Shown here: piece by piece, positions 28,936-38,987 of the stretch
Layout of the letters: each line of letters opens with the position of its first letter
Position numbering within the stretch: position 1 is the stretch's first letter
NCBI GenBank assembly: GCA_963725865.1
Contig: CAVSAC010000012.1
Span: 192,001 to 256,000 of the forward strand
Length of the DNA stretch: 64,000 nucleotides
Direction of reading: 5' to 3'
Origin: Candidatus Eiseniibacteriota bacterium
Lineage (GTDB): Bacteria; Eisenbacteria; RBG-16-71-46
The notes under the pieces: model-generated
Database searches by the model: none
What the model saw: only the letters and a program-made list of their open reading frames with translations
Told to the model about the DNA's origin: nothing
Made by a program: the position numbers and the translations under genes

Positions 28936-29878
28936 GGCGCGTGGGCGTGTAGCGGCGGACGATCCCGGCCCGATCCACGAACACGAACGTGGGCGTGCTG
29001 GAGCCGCCGTAGCGCTCCATCGACGCGGTGCTGAGCACGATCGGCACCCGGCCCATCGTCGCGTAGGCGGTGTTCCACACGCTGTCCACGCGCGCCTTCT
29101 CGCGGACCCGATCGGGCCCCTCGTCGTAGTAGCGCGTGAGCGCCACCACCTGCAGCCCATGGTCCGCGAAACGCGCGGTGGCGCGCGCGAGCGCGGCCTC
29201 CTGCGCGCGGCAGTCGCCGCAGCCCTCGGCCCACACGAACAGCAGCACCGGCCGGCCGCGCAGCGCCGCCAGCGTCGGCGGGCGCTCGCCGACGTAGTCC
29301 TCGATCGCCAGCTCGGGCGCCGCGGCTCCGGTGAGGGTCAGCAGGTCGAGCCGCTTGTTGAGCCGCGAGCGCAGCGCCACCGGGCCCGGCGTCCGGGCCA
29401 GCTCGCCGCGCACGAAGGCGGCCGCGGCGCGGGCGCCCCGCGTGCGCTCGAGCCGCTGCGCCTCGACCTCGACCGCCGCGCCCCACGCGATCTCGACGTC
29501 GTGGTCGGTCGCGAGCGTCGCCCCGCGCGCGAGGCGCTCGTCGCAGCGCGCGCGCACCTGCGCGATGTAGTCACGCGCCCGGTCGAGGTCACCCATCAGC
29601 AGCGCGCCGCGCGCGAGCCACGAGAGCCCGGTGAGCCACGCGCCGTCCTCGCCGTTGCGCTCGCGATACACCTCGAGCATGGACTCGGCGCTCGGCAGGT
29701 CGCCGGCCGAGAGCTTGTTGCGGATGCCGCTCACCGGCGAAGGCGGCGGTGCGGGCGCGGCGTGCGCGGTGTCGCGGGTCGCCGGCGTCGCGGGCGCGGC
29801 GCCCTGCGCGCGGACCGCCCGCGGCGCGCCCAGCGCGGAGCCGAGCAGCAGGAGGATCGCGAGGCTCGCCAGTCTCAT
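28889..29878 (-). CDS. TlpA-like exported thioredoxin-fold protein
   Basis: Signal peptide; FVWAEGCGDC; STPTFVFVDRAG. Confidence 0.85.
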   Translation of the reverse strand: MRLASLAILLLLGSALGAPRAVRAQGAAPATPATRDTAHAAPAPPPSPVSGIRNKLSAGDLPSAESMLEVYRERNGEDGAWLTGLSWLARGALLMGDLDRARDYIAQVRARCDERLARGATLATDHDVEIAWGAAVEVEAQRLERTRGARAAAAFVRGELARTPGPVALRSRLNKRLDLLTLTGAAAPELAIEDYVGERPPTLAALRGRPVLLFVWAEGCGDCRAQEAALARATARFADHGLQVVALTRYYDEGPDRVREKARVDSVWNTAYATMGRVPIVLSTASMERYGGSSTPTFVFVDRAGIVRRYTPTRLTEAELVRSLESLVR

Positions 29879-29986
29879 GGGGTGCGCTCCCGGGTCGAAG
29901 CGGTCACGTTCGCGGGCGCCGGCGCATCCGGCCCGAGCGTTGGACCACGCCGCCGTCCGCAGGGTTGCCCGGGCGCTCGAGGGAGA

Positions 29987-32671
29987 TCAGCGGATGACGA
30001 CCATCCGGCGCCACGCCTCCGCACCCGCGGCGCGCAGGCGCACGAAGTAGAGCCCGGCGCCGAGGTCGTGCGCGGCGAGCTCCACGGCCTGGCGGCCGGG
30101 CTCGCACAGCTCGTCCGCCAGCACGCGGACCTCCCGCCCCTGCACGTCGAACACGCTCAGGCGCACGTGCGCCCGCGCCGGCAGGCTGAACCACGAACGC
30201 GCCGTGCCGCGCACCGGATTCGGCGCGATCGGCTCGAGCGCGAACGAGGTCGCGGGCGGAGCGGGGCCGGCGCCCAGCGCCCCCGCGGCGATGCTGAACC
30301 CGGCGTCGCTGATGTCGGACAGCACGGCGCCCGCCCAGTCGCGCGCGTCGACCCGCAGGCGCGCGAGACCGCTCACCGTCGGCCCGCTGACCGTCCAGTC
30401 CAGGGAGCCCGTGTCGTTCATCCCGGCCGCGAGCAGCTCCCACGGTCCGGCGGCGCCGCTGCGCGACAGGTAGACGTCGACGGACTGCAGCCCGCGCGCG
30501 GCGGAGGCGGACCACGCGAGATGGCGCTGGGTTCCGACGGCGAGCAGCTCGCCGCCGTCGGGGGCGAGCACGTGGATCGCGGCGCCCGCCGGGGCGCCGC
30601 CCGCGACGCGCGCGAGATAGCCCAGCGTCTGATCGGCGATGCCGGTGAAGCTGCCGCCCGCCAGCACCGAGCTGCCATCCCACTCCAGGGTCTGCACCAC
30701 GCTGTTGGGCTCCGGTCGCCACGGGGTCGCCTGGCCGGTGACCGGATCGAGCCCCGCGAGGCGCGATCGCAGCTGGCCGCCGATCGCCTCGAAGATCCCG
30801 CCCGCGTAAATGCTGGAGCTCCCGATCGCGATCGCCTGCACGGGCAGATCGGCCTGCGGATCCCAGTCGGTCGCCAGGCCGCTCGCGCGGTCCAGTGCGG
30901 CGATGTAGTTGCGCGGCCGCCCGCCGATGCGGATGAAGTAGCCGCCCGCGTAGACGGTGGAGCCGTTCACCGCGAGCGCGTCCACGATGCTGCCCGCGCC
31001 GGGATTCCAGTCGGTCACGGCGCCGCTGGTGGCGTCGATCGCGCCGATGCACGCGCGCGCCCGTCCGCCGAGCGTGGTGAACCAGCCGCCGGCGTACAGC
31101 GTGTTGCCGTCGAGCGCGAGCGCGAGCACGCCGCCGTCGGCTTCGGGATCCCACGCGGTGGCGGCGCCGCTGGTGGCGTCGAGCCCGGCGAGATCGCGGC
31201 GCAGTTGCCCCGCGGCGTGCCCGAAGGTCCCGCCCGCGTAGATCGTGCCGCCCTGCACGGCCAGCGCGTACACGATGCCGTCGGTGCCGGGGTTCCAGCC
31301 GGTGGCGAGGCCGTTGGAGGTCTGCAGCGCCGCGAGCGAGGCGCGGGGTTGTCCGCCGGCGCTCGTGAACTCGCCGCCCGCGACCACCGTGCCGCCGCTC
31401 ACGGCCAGCGCGCGCACGATGCCGTTCGCGCCAGGATCCCAGGCGGTCGGCGCGCCGGTCACGAGATCGATGGCGGCCAGCCGCGCGCGCGGTCGCCCGC
31501 CCACGCTCGTGAAGTCGCCGCCGATGCCGATCGTGCCGCCGGACACGACCAGCGTGCCGACGGTGTTGTTGGCACCGGGATTCCAGCCGGTCGCGAGCGC
31601 GGTCGTGGCATCCAGCGCGGCGACCCGTGCGCGCTTGGCCGCGCTGATGTTGAGGAAGTCACCGCCCACGTACACGAGCGAGCCGTCGACCGCGAGCGCT
31701 GAAACGCCCGCGTCCGCGCTCGGGTTCCACCCGGTGAGGCTGCCCGTCGCGAGGTCGAACGCGCCGGCGCGCGCGCGCGCGAGCCCGCCAAGGATCGTGA
31801 AGGTGCCGCCGACGTAGAGCGTCGATGCGCTCGACGCGAGGGCGCGCACCTGGCTGTTGCAGCCCGGATTCCACGACGTCGGCGTGCCGGTTCCGGCATC
31901 GATCGCCGCGAGGTACGGACGGAGCTGTCCGCCGACCGTGGTGAAGGTGCCGCCGGCGAACAGGGTGGAGCCGGCCTGATGCAGGGCGAGCACCGAGTTG
32001 TTCATGCCCGGGTTCCAGGCGAGCGCCAGCCCGGTGGTCGCGTCCAGCGCGCCGAGGTTGGCGCGCGGCTGACCGCCGATCACCGAGAACGCGCCGCCGG
32101 CGTACACGGTCGAGCCCGACACCGCCAGGGCGTAGATCGTGCCGTCGCAGCCGGGATTCCACGCGGTCGGGGAGCCGCTCGTGGTGTCCAGCTCGGCGAT
32201 CGCGCCGCGTGCCTGGCCGCCCACGCTCCCGAACTCGCCGGCGGCGATCAGGGTGCTGCCACGCATCGCGAGCGCGAAGACGATCCCGTCGGCGTGCGGA
32301 TTCCACGCATCGAGCGTGCGATCGGCGCGGATGTGCGCGAGGTGACGCCGATCGACCCCGGACACGGACTGGAAGTCACCGCCGATGAACCAGCCGCCGC
32401 GACCATCGGGCACGCAGGCGTACACCCCGCCGAACACTCGTGGCCAGTCCGGATCGAGCTGCGCGGAGCTGGTCGGGAACGGGACGAAGTCCCCGGTGCG
32501 CGGTCCGACCCACGCGAACGCGCCGCCGATGTAGAGCGTGGTGCCGTCGATCGCGCTGGCGTAGACCGAGCCGTCGGCGGTGGGGAAGCGCGGCGCGGCC
32601 TCCTGGGCCGCACTGCGGGCGGCGGCCGCCAGCGCGACGAGGACGGCGAGCCCGCGCGCGACGCGCGACAT
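29987..32671 (-). CDS. Secreted beta-propeller repeat protein with FlgD-Ig/T9SS-like CTD (paralog of 12089-14533)
   Basis: 14 xYxGGxF repeats; APDGGE Ig-like module; CTD APNPVRG...FDVQGR...GLYFVRL. Confidence 0.85.
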   Translation of the reverse strand: MSRVARGLAVLVALAAAARSAAQEAAPRFPTADGSVYASAIDGTTLYIGGAFAWVGPRTGDFVPFPTSSAQLDPDWPRVFGGVYACVPDGRGGWFIGGDFQSVSGVDRRHLAHIRADRTLDAWNPHADGIVFALAMRGSTLIAAGEFGSVGGQARGAIAELDTTSGSPTAWNPGCDGTIYALAVSGSTVYAGGAFSVIGGQPRANLGALDATTGLALAWNPGMNNSVLALHQAGSTLFAGGTFTTVGGQLRPYLAAIDAGTGTPTSWNPGCNSQVRALASSASTLYVGGTFTILGGLARARAGAFDLATGSLTGWNPSADAGVSALAVDGSLVYVGGDFLNISAAKRARVAALDATTALATGWNPGANNTVGTLVVSGGTIGIGGDFTSVGGRPRARLAAIDLVTGAPTAWDPGANGIVRALAVSGGTVVAGGEFTSAGGQPRASLAALQTSNGLATGWNPGTDGIVYALAVQGGTIYAGGTFGHAAGQLRRDLAGLDATSGAATAWDPEADGGVLALALDGNTLYAGGWFTTLGGRARACIGAIDATSGAVTDWNPGAGSIVDALAVNGSTVYAGGYFIRIGGRPRNYIAALDRASGLATDWDPQADLPVQAIAIGSSSIYAGGIFEAIGGQLRSRLAGLDPVTGQATPWRPEPNSVVQTLEWDGSSVLAGGSFTGIADQTLGYLARVAGGAPAGAAIHVLAPDGGELLAVGTQRHLAWSASAARGLQSVDVYLSRSGAAGPWELLAAGMNDTGSLDWTVSGPTVSGLARLRVDARDWAGAVLSDISDAGFSIAAGALGAGPAPPATSFALEPIAPNPVRGTARSWFSLPARAHVRLSVFDVQGREVRVLADELCEPGRQAVELAAHDLGAGLYFVRLRAAGAEAWRRMVVIR

Positions 32672-32902
32672 CCGGGTCCACGTTGGAGCGCAAGGCGGTC
32701 GTCGGGAGGATGCGGTCGCCGACACGATGTCTCCGCGGGCAGGATGCAGGGCCGAGGTCGGGGCGGCGTTCGAGGGATCGGGTGGCCGCCTTCGTTTCGT
32801 GGACGACTCCAGCATAAGCGTTCCCGCGCGGGGGCTCCACCCCTCCGCGCGAGCCGCCCGCGCCCCGCACGCCCGCCGATCGGCGGCGGTGCCGGGGCGG
32901 CG

Positions 32903-33301
32903 TCACGCGCCGGCGATCGTGGTGACCTCGAAGCGCGGCGGGGACTCGAGGTGCTTCTTGACCGCGCACTGGTCCGCCGCGCGCACCAGCGCGGCGTGGT
33001 ACTTCTGCGGGAAGCCCGGGGGAACGTGGATGTCCAGCGCGATACGCTCGACCATCCCGCTGGTCGGATCGGTCTCGACGCGCTGCACGAGGCGAAGCCC
33101 GTCGGTGGGCAATCCGCGCTGGCGGCAGAAGCCGAGTACGTAGATGCCCGCACAGGTGCCGATCGAGGCCAGGAAGGTGGCGAACGGGGTGGGGGCCGTG
33201 CCCTCGCCGCCGCCGTGAGACGACTGGTCGGTGTGCACCGTGAAGGGGCCGATCCGGGCGTCCACGCGGGCGCCCCCGGGGAACTCGATCATCATCTCCA
33301 T
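32903..33301 (-). CDS. OsmC family protein
   Basis: TDQ...GGEGTAPTPF, SIGTCAG and DQCAVK conserved Cys. Confidence 0.88.
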   Translation of the reverse strand: MEMMIEFPGGARVDARIGPFTVHTDQSSHGGGEGTAPTPFATFLASIGTCAGIYVLGFCRQRGLPTDGLRLVQRVETDPTSGMVERIALDIHVPPGFPQKYHAALVRAADQCAVKKHLESPPRFEVTTIAGA

Positions 33302-33405
33302 CCCAAGGTCCTTTCCGCGGTCGTGGACGCTGGATCGCGTCCACCGGATGAGAGACCCGGAACTCCGGAATGGATGCGGCGGCCGGAGGCGGCTAAGCTG
33401 CCGGC

Positions 33406-34035
33406 ATGGGAACCCGGGACCGCCGTGTCGACGCCTACATCGCGAAATCGGCCCCTTTCGCGCGTCCGGTCCTCGCGCACCTGCGCGAGGCGGTGCACGC
33501 CGCTTGTCCCGGTGTCGAAGAGACAATGAAGTGGGGTCATCCCCACTTCATGTACCACGGCATGCTGTGCGGCATGGGGGCATTCCAGCAGCACTGCACG
33601 TTCGGGTTCTGGAAGGGCGAGCTGATCGTGGACCCGAAGGACCGCCCCGCGGAGCAGGGGATGGGGCAGTTCGGGCGCATCACCGCGCTCGCCGACCTGC
33701 CCGCGAAGCAGGTGCTGCGCGGCTACGTGCGGGCCGCGATGAAGCTCAACGAGCAGGGCGTGCCCAAACCGGCGATGGTCCGGGCGCGCCGGAAGGCCGC
33801 GTCGAGCGCGCGACGGCCGGTCGTCTTGCCCGCTGAGCTCGGGGCCGCGCTCGCCCGACAGCGTCGCGCGCGGACCGCGTTCGAGGGCTTCAGTCCCAGC
33901 CAGCGCCGCGAGTATGCGGAGTGGATCGCCGAGGCGAAGCGCGCCGAGACGCGCGCGGCCCGGGTGAGGCAGGCGATCGCCTGGATCGCCGAGGGGAAAC
34001 CGCGGAACTGGAAGTACCTGAAGCGCTGGCGGTGA
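33406..34035 (+). CDS. YdeI/OmpD-associated (DUF1801) family protein
   Basis: VDAYI, EETMKWGHP, REYAEWIAEAKRAETR. Confidence 0.88.
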   Translation: MGTRDRRVDAYIAKSAPFARPVLAHLREAVHAACPGVEETMKWGHPHFMYHGMLCGMGAFQQHCTFGFWKGELIVDPKDRPAEQGMGQFGRITALADLPAKQVLRGYVRAAMKLNEQGVPKPAMVRARRKAASSARRPVVLPAELGAALARQRRARTAFEGFSPSQRREYAEWIAEAKRAETRAARVRQAIAWIAEGKPRNWKYLKRWR

Positions 34036-34065
34036 GCCGCCGCCGCCCGCGGCACTCGGCTCCGC

Positions 34066-34581
34066 TCAATCGGCCGCGGTCGCGCCCGCGTTGGCGGCCC
34101 GGACCGGCTCCGGACGCGGCGCCGAGGACCTCCCGCCGGTGAGCAGCAGAACGCCGGCGAGGATCATCGCCACCGCGATCGCCTTGCGCGGCGTCATCGA
34201 TTCGCCGAGCAGCAGCCACCCCAGGAGCACCGCGACGGCCGGCGCGAGCGTGAACGCGATCGGCTTGATGCGCGAGATGTCGTCGAGGTTGAGCGCCGCG
34301 TAGAAACAGATCATCGCGGCGGCGCCCGCGACCAGCCCGGAGCCCAGCACGAGGCGCGAGACGTCCGCGCCGTCCAGCGATCGCCACCAACCGCGTGGCT
34401 CCGCGCCGAGAATCGGGACCGCGATCACGTACGCGAGCCACAGCAGTGGGAGCGCCACCGTCGAGCGCACCGCGATGGCGGTGATGGGACCGATGCGATG
34501 CGTGTGGAGCACCATCTTGGTGCACAGTTCGCCGACGCCCCAGAAGAGGCCGGCGAGGATCGCCAGACCGATGGCTTTCAT
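34066..34581 (-). CDS. EamA/DMT family membrane protein
   Basis: AGLFWG, FYAAL, LLGESMTPRKAIAVAMILAGVLLL. Confidence 0.82.
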   Translation of the reverse strand: MKAIGLAILAGLFWGVGELCTKMVLHTHRIGPITAIAVRSTVALPLLWLAYVIAVPILGAEPRGWWRSLDGADVSRLVLGSGLVAGAAAMICFYAALNLDDISRIKPIAFTLAPAVAVLLGWLLLGESMTPRKAIAVAMILAGVLLLTGGRSSAPRPEPVRAANAGATAAD

Positions 34582-34747
34582 GAAGTCGATCTCCTGACGG
34601 GGCGCTGCCATGGCGGAGCCGCGGCACGCGCGCCCGGGGAACTTCGGTGGATGTCCGAGCGGAGGATCCTGACGCTGCCATGGTAGCCGCCCGCGCGGCG
34701 GAAGCCCACTCGACCGGAGCCTCGGGCCTGGGGCGAGGCGACCTCGT

Positions 34748-35215
34748 TCAGTCGCCGAGCAGGCGCTGGGCGCTGGCCTCGGTCGGCGGATGCAGAAGGA
34801 CCAACGCGATCGACACGGCGGCGAACGGCACGAGCGTCGCGGGTGGCGAACCGGCCATCGCGATCACGAAGCCAGAGATCGCGACCGCCTCGAACTGCCC
34901 CCACTGGATGATCATCGCAGTGCGGGCGAGCGGCTCGCGGATCGCGTCGGTGACCGCTCCGGCGCTCGCGGCCCGCTCGACAGCGGCGCGACCGACAATG
35001 CGGGGCAAGATGAAGCCCAAGATTCCCGAGCCCGCGGCCCCAACCGTGAGCAACAGGTCGACCGGACGCGTGAAGTCGGGCAGACCGATGCCGAAGGGGG
35101 TCCCGGGCTTGTTCAGGAACCCGAACACGGCGTAGCCCACCGGAGCGAGCAGCATCGCGCCCCAGATGATCCACTTCGTCGATGCGGGCGCCGGTGTCGT
35201 CGTCAGGTCAACCAT
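34748..35215 (-). CDS. Hypothetical membrane protein
   Basis: Four hydrophobic segments; co-oriented with neighbours. Confidence 0.65.
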   Translation of the reverse strand: MVDLTTTPAPASTKWIIWGAMLLAPVGYAVFGFLNKPGTPFGIGLPDFTRPVDLLLTVGAAGSGILGFILPRIVGRAAVERAASAGAVTDAIREPLARTAMIIQWGQFEAVAISGFVIAMAGSPPATLVPFAAVSIALVLLHPPTEASAQRLLGD

Positions 35216-35281
35216 GGCGCGATCCTGCCGCCTTGCGGACGTCGAATCAACCCGGTTCGCGCCCGGGCGCCGCGGCCGCCC

Positions 35282-36136
35282 TCAGCGTGTGGGGACCTCG
35301 ATGTCGAGCGCGATGCGCCACGAGTCGCCCTCGCGCCGCCAGATGCGGACGTAGGAGACGGTGTCCGCGGGCGGCCCGCCGTTCCCGTGCGAGTCCGTGA
35401 ATCCGAGGCCGCGCGTGAACGCGAGGTCGCCGGAGCGCGCCACTTCGCCCGCCCGCGGCTCGACGCGCGTGCCACCGTCGGGGATGACCAGGTGCGCCAC
35501 GTTGGCGGCGCTCCGCGGCGGCGCGCCCTCGCGCAGCACGCGCAGGCCGGCGGCGCCGAGCGAATCCGCGCGGAAGCCTCCCGTCAATCGCGCCACGGCA
35601 CGGTCGCGCTCGAACAGGGCCGCGAGCGCCGAGGCGGGATGCGCCGCATCGTCTCTGGAGTGGCTGCGGAGCACCGGAGTCGGAGTGAGGGTCGTGGGGC
35701 GTTCGTGCGAGACGCCGAGGTCCGCGAGCAGCCGCCACGGACCGGGGGGCGTGCGCCGCCAGATCGAGACGTAGTGCCCGTAGGCCACCGGCGTGTCGGC
35801 CGCGCTGGGCCGGAACGACCACGGTCCGGTGGTGAATCCGAGATCGCCGGCGGCCGCGACCTCGGCGAACTCCGGCTCCCACGCCAGCACGCCGGGACGC
35901 GGCGACTGCGCGGTCCACACCGCGCGGCCGTTCACCGCGGTGGGGCGGAAGACCACACCGCTGTCGTCGAGCACCGCGAGGAACGCCGCGCGCGTGCCGG
36001 CGGTGGCGGCGATGCGCGCGAACGCGTGCTCCGCCTCCACCAGCGAGCGCGCCGAGCCGGCGGCCACCGCGGACGCGGACGCCAGCGCGATGAACCAGGG
36101 GAGCACCGCAGCGACCGTCATCAATGCGACCTCCAT
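35282..36136 (-). CDS. Secreted tandem NTF2-like (DUF4440-like) protein
   Basis: SLVEAEHAFA; duplicated GDLGFTTG/GDLAFTRG and YVSIWRR/YVRIWRR. Confidence 0.8.
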   Translation of the reverse strand: MEVALMTVAAVLPWFIALASASAVAAGSARSLVEAEHAFARIAATAGTRAAFLAVLDDSGVVFRPTAVNGRAVWTAQSPRPGVLAWEPEFAEVAAAGDLGFTTGPWSFRPSAADTPVAYGHYVSIWRRTPPGPWRLLADLGVSHERPTTLTPTPVLRSHSRDDAAHPASALAALFERDRAVARLTGGFRADSLGAAGLRVLREGAPPRSAANVAHLVIPDGGTRVEPRAGEVARSGDLAFTRGLGFTDSHGNGGPPADTVSYVRIWRREGDSWRIALDIEVPTR

Positions 36137-36305
36137 TCGCGGCCGAACGTCGGACCCGGATCGATCCGGCGGAGATTAGCGCGCCGGAACAACCGCGCTC
36201 AATCGTGGATCGCGCGGCCGAGAGGGCGAGAGCGCCCGGTCCATCCGAGGCGTCCGGGCATCGAACACGGCGATATCCCACTCACCCGGACCGCCCGAGG
36301 ATCGC

Positions 36306-36893
36306 ATGCGCTCTCATCAAATCGTCGTCTCGCTGCTGGTCACGCTGCTGGCCGTCACCTCCGCGTCCGCGTCGGGAGACTACTCGCGGCCGCCGGCTCC
36401 CACAGGGAGTGCGAACGACTCGCCGGATGCCTTCCGGCAGAAGACGCCGCGCGAGGAGGCGGAGCGCTGGTACGCGGACGCGTTCGAGGACGTGCGGAAG
36501 GGGCGCGAGGATCTCGTCGCGGGCAAGACCCAGAACGCCGGGAAGCGCCTGCGTCGTGCGCGCGAGCGCGCCGCGCGCGCCGTGGACCTGGACTCGACGT
36601 TCTACGAGGCCTGGAACCTGGTGGGCTACTCGGCCCGCAAGACCGGCGACTACCCGTCGGCGTTCGCCGCGTACGAGCGGTGCCTGAGGCTCAAGCCTGA
36701 CTACGCGCCCGCGCGGGAATACGTCGGCGAGGCGTACGTGGAGGTGGGAGACCTGGTGCGGGCCCGCGAGCAGCTGCGCTGGCTGGAGAAGCTGGGCGCC
36801 GCGCAGGACGCGAAGGAGCTGCAGGCGGCGATCGATGCCGCGGCCGCCGGAGCGAAGCCGGAGGCGGCGACATCGGGGACCGATTCGCACTGA
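36306..36893 (+). CDS. Secreted TPR protein
   Basis: Signal peptide; EAWNLVGY...AYERCLRLKPDY...EYVGEAY. Confidence 0.82.
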   Translation: MRSHQIVVSLLVTLLAVTSASASGDYSRPPAPTGSANDSPDAFRQKTPREEAERWYADAFEDVRKGREDLVAGKTQNAGKRLRRARERAARAVDLDSTFYEAWNLVGYSARKTGDYPSAFAAYERCLRLKPDYAPAREYVGEAYVEVGDLVRAREQLRWLEKLGAAQDAKELQAAIDAAAAGAKPEAATSGTDSH

Positions 36894-36945
36894 GCGCGCG
36901 CACTGGGGGACGTGAGCGTGCATCCGGCCGGACGTGCGGCCGGTC

Positions 36946-37003
36946 CCCACGACCAACGAAGGGCCCTCCGATCGAATCGACCGGAGGGCCTCGTCGCGTG
37001 GGG
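36946..37003. terminator. Hairpin between convergent genes
   Basis: GGCCCTCCG...CGGAGGGCC core (36962-36990) with outer CCCCACG/CGTGGGG. Confidence 0.5.
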
Positions 37004-37013
37004 TCGGGGGACC

Positions 37014-37628
37014 CTACTTCGCGGGCTCATCCTGGCGGACGGCCTCGACGTGCAGCTCGATCCGCACGTCGTCGCCGAGCAGGGTGCCGCCGTTGTCGAG
37101 GGCCTTGTTCCAGATCACGCCGTAGTCCTTGCGATCGATGGTCGTGGTCGCGTCGAAACCGGCGCGATAGCCCATCGACTGCCCGCCCATTCCGAACGGA
37201 CCTTCACCCAGCAGCTCGCAATCCAGCGTCACCGGCTTGGTGACGTCGCGGATCGTCAGGTCACCGGCCACGGTGAACTTGCCATCCTTGATCGCCGAGA
37301 CCTTCGTGCTCTTGAACGTGAGGGTCGGGAACTTCTCGACGTCGAAGAAGTCGGGCGAGCGCAGGTGCCCGTCGCGCTTCTCGTTCGCCGTGTTGATGCT
37401 CTTCGCCTGGATCGTGAACTCCACCGACGAGGCGGGCAGCGCCTTGTTGTCGTAGAGCAGCGTGCCGCTGAAGTCGGTGAACTTGCCCGGCACCTTCGAG
37501 AAGATGTGGCGGATGGAGAACCCCACGCCAGTGTGGGCGGGATCGAACGTGAACTTCGCCGGCGCGGCGGAGGCGGCCGTCGCCAGGGTGATCGCGGCCA
37601 GCGACAGCAACCAGTTGAAGCGCTTCAT
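37014..37628 (-). CDS. YceI family protein
   Basis: DPAHTGVGFSIRH, SINTANEKRDGHLRSPDFFDVEKFP. Confidence 0.93.
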   Translation of the reverse strand: MKRFNWLLSLAAITLATAASAAPAKFTFDPAHTGVGFSIRHIFSKVPGKFTDFSGTLLYDNKALPASSVEFTIQAKSINTANEKRDGHLRSPDFFDVEKFPTLTFKSTKVSAIKDGKFTVAGDLTIRDVTKPVTLDCELLGEGPFGMGGQSMGYRAGFDATTTIDRKDYGVIWNKALDNGGTLLGDDVRIELHVEAVRQDEPAK

Positions 37629-37927
37629 CCACGTCTCCTTCAGATCGGGGAGTGTGAGACTCGAGTTCCGGCGGCCCAGCGCGATGCTTCGCTCGCGAGA
37701 ACGTACGCGATGGCCTGCAACGCCGCGTTCGATGTTCCAGGACTCCGATGGATGCCGGGCGACGCCGATCGCCCCGAGAACTTAACGTGTGTTTGAACAC
37801 AGTGTATCCCCGATGAACGGCGGCCACTGTCCGCCTGCCACCACGCGGGGTCCCAGCGTGCGTCCACGGGCCGGCGGAGGGGCTTGCTTGTGCCGAGCGG
37901 ATGCGGCCTCTAGCATCGGCACCCGCC

Positions 37928-38938
37928 ATGATCTTCGAGAATGCTCCCCCGGACATCCGTGACCTGCTCTCCAAGCGCATCAGCCAGCTCGGGCTGAGGC
38001 TCGAGGGCTCGCCGATGGAGCGCCGGGTCCAGCAGCTCCATCGCGAGCTCGACCGCAAAGGGCTCAAGCGATTCCGTCCGGTCTGCTACCTCACGGACGA
38101 GTGGGGATGCCCGGATGGCCAGCCCGTGATCGGCATCCCGTTCTACCTCGCCGACCCCAAGCTCGCCCGCCTCGAGCACGCGATGAACGATCTCGAGGAC
38201 GAGCGCGAGATCATGATGTACCTGCGCCACGAGGCGGGACACGCCTTCAACTACGCGTATCGCCTGTACGCTCAGCCCGAATGGCGCGATCGCTTCGGTC
38301 CCTTCAACCGCCGCTATCGGGAGCGCTATCGGCCGGTGCCCTTCAGCCGCAAGTACGTGCGGCACATCGCGGGTTGGTACGCGCAGAAGCACCCGGACGA
38401 AGACTTCGCCGAGACGTTCGCGGTGTGGCTCACGCCACGCTCGAACTGGCGTGCGCGATACAAAGCGTGGCCTGCGATCCGCAAACTGCGCTATGTTGAT
38501 GCCGTGGCGCGCCGGGTCCGTGACCAGGAGCCGGTCGTTGCAAGCGAGATCCTCGACGTGACGGTCGAGGACATGAAGCTCACGGTGGAGCAGTTCTACC
38601 GGCGCTGGCTCCGGCAGAACGGGGCCGCGGTCAACGTGGCGCTCGAGGCTGACCTCGGGGACATCTTCGTGCCCCGGGGGCGCCGCCGGAAGCATGTACG
38701 CCCGGCGGCGGACCTGGTCGAGGAGCAGCGCCTGACGCTGACCGACAAGATCACCTACTGGACAGGGGTCAAGCGTCCGGTGGTGCGCGCGCTGGTCGAG
38801 CGGGTGGTCCGCACCTGCCGTGAGAAGGACCTGGTGGTGGACACGACGCGGGAGACGGCGACGATGGTGGAGCTCACCGTCTACGGCACCACGCTGGCGA
38901 TGAACTACCTGACGCGCGGCAGATTCGAGCAATCCTGA
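37928..38938 (+). CDS. Putative zinc-binding metallopeptidase
   Basis: LRHEAGHA HExxH; YAQKHPDEDFAETFAVWL. Confidence 0.85.
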   Translation: MIFENAPPDIRDLLSKRISQLGLRLEGSPMERRVQQLHRELDRKGLKRFRPVCYLTDEWGCPDGQPVIGIPFYLADPKLARLEHAMNDLEDEREIMMYLRHEAGHAFNYAYRLYAQPEWRDRFGPFNRRYRERYRPVPFSRKYVRHIAGWYAQKHPDEDFAETFAVWLTPRSNWRARYKAWPAIRKLRYVDAVARRVRDQEPVVASEILDVTVEDMKLTVEQFYRRWLRQNGAAVNVALEADLGDIFVPRGRRRKHVRPAADLVEEQRLTLTDKITYWTGVKRPVVRALVERVVRTCREKDLVVDTTRETATMVELTVYGTTLAMNYLTRGRFEQS

Positions 38939-38987
38939 ATCCTCCGGCCCACCGGATGGGCCCTGCATCGAGACGGCGAGGATCGCC

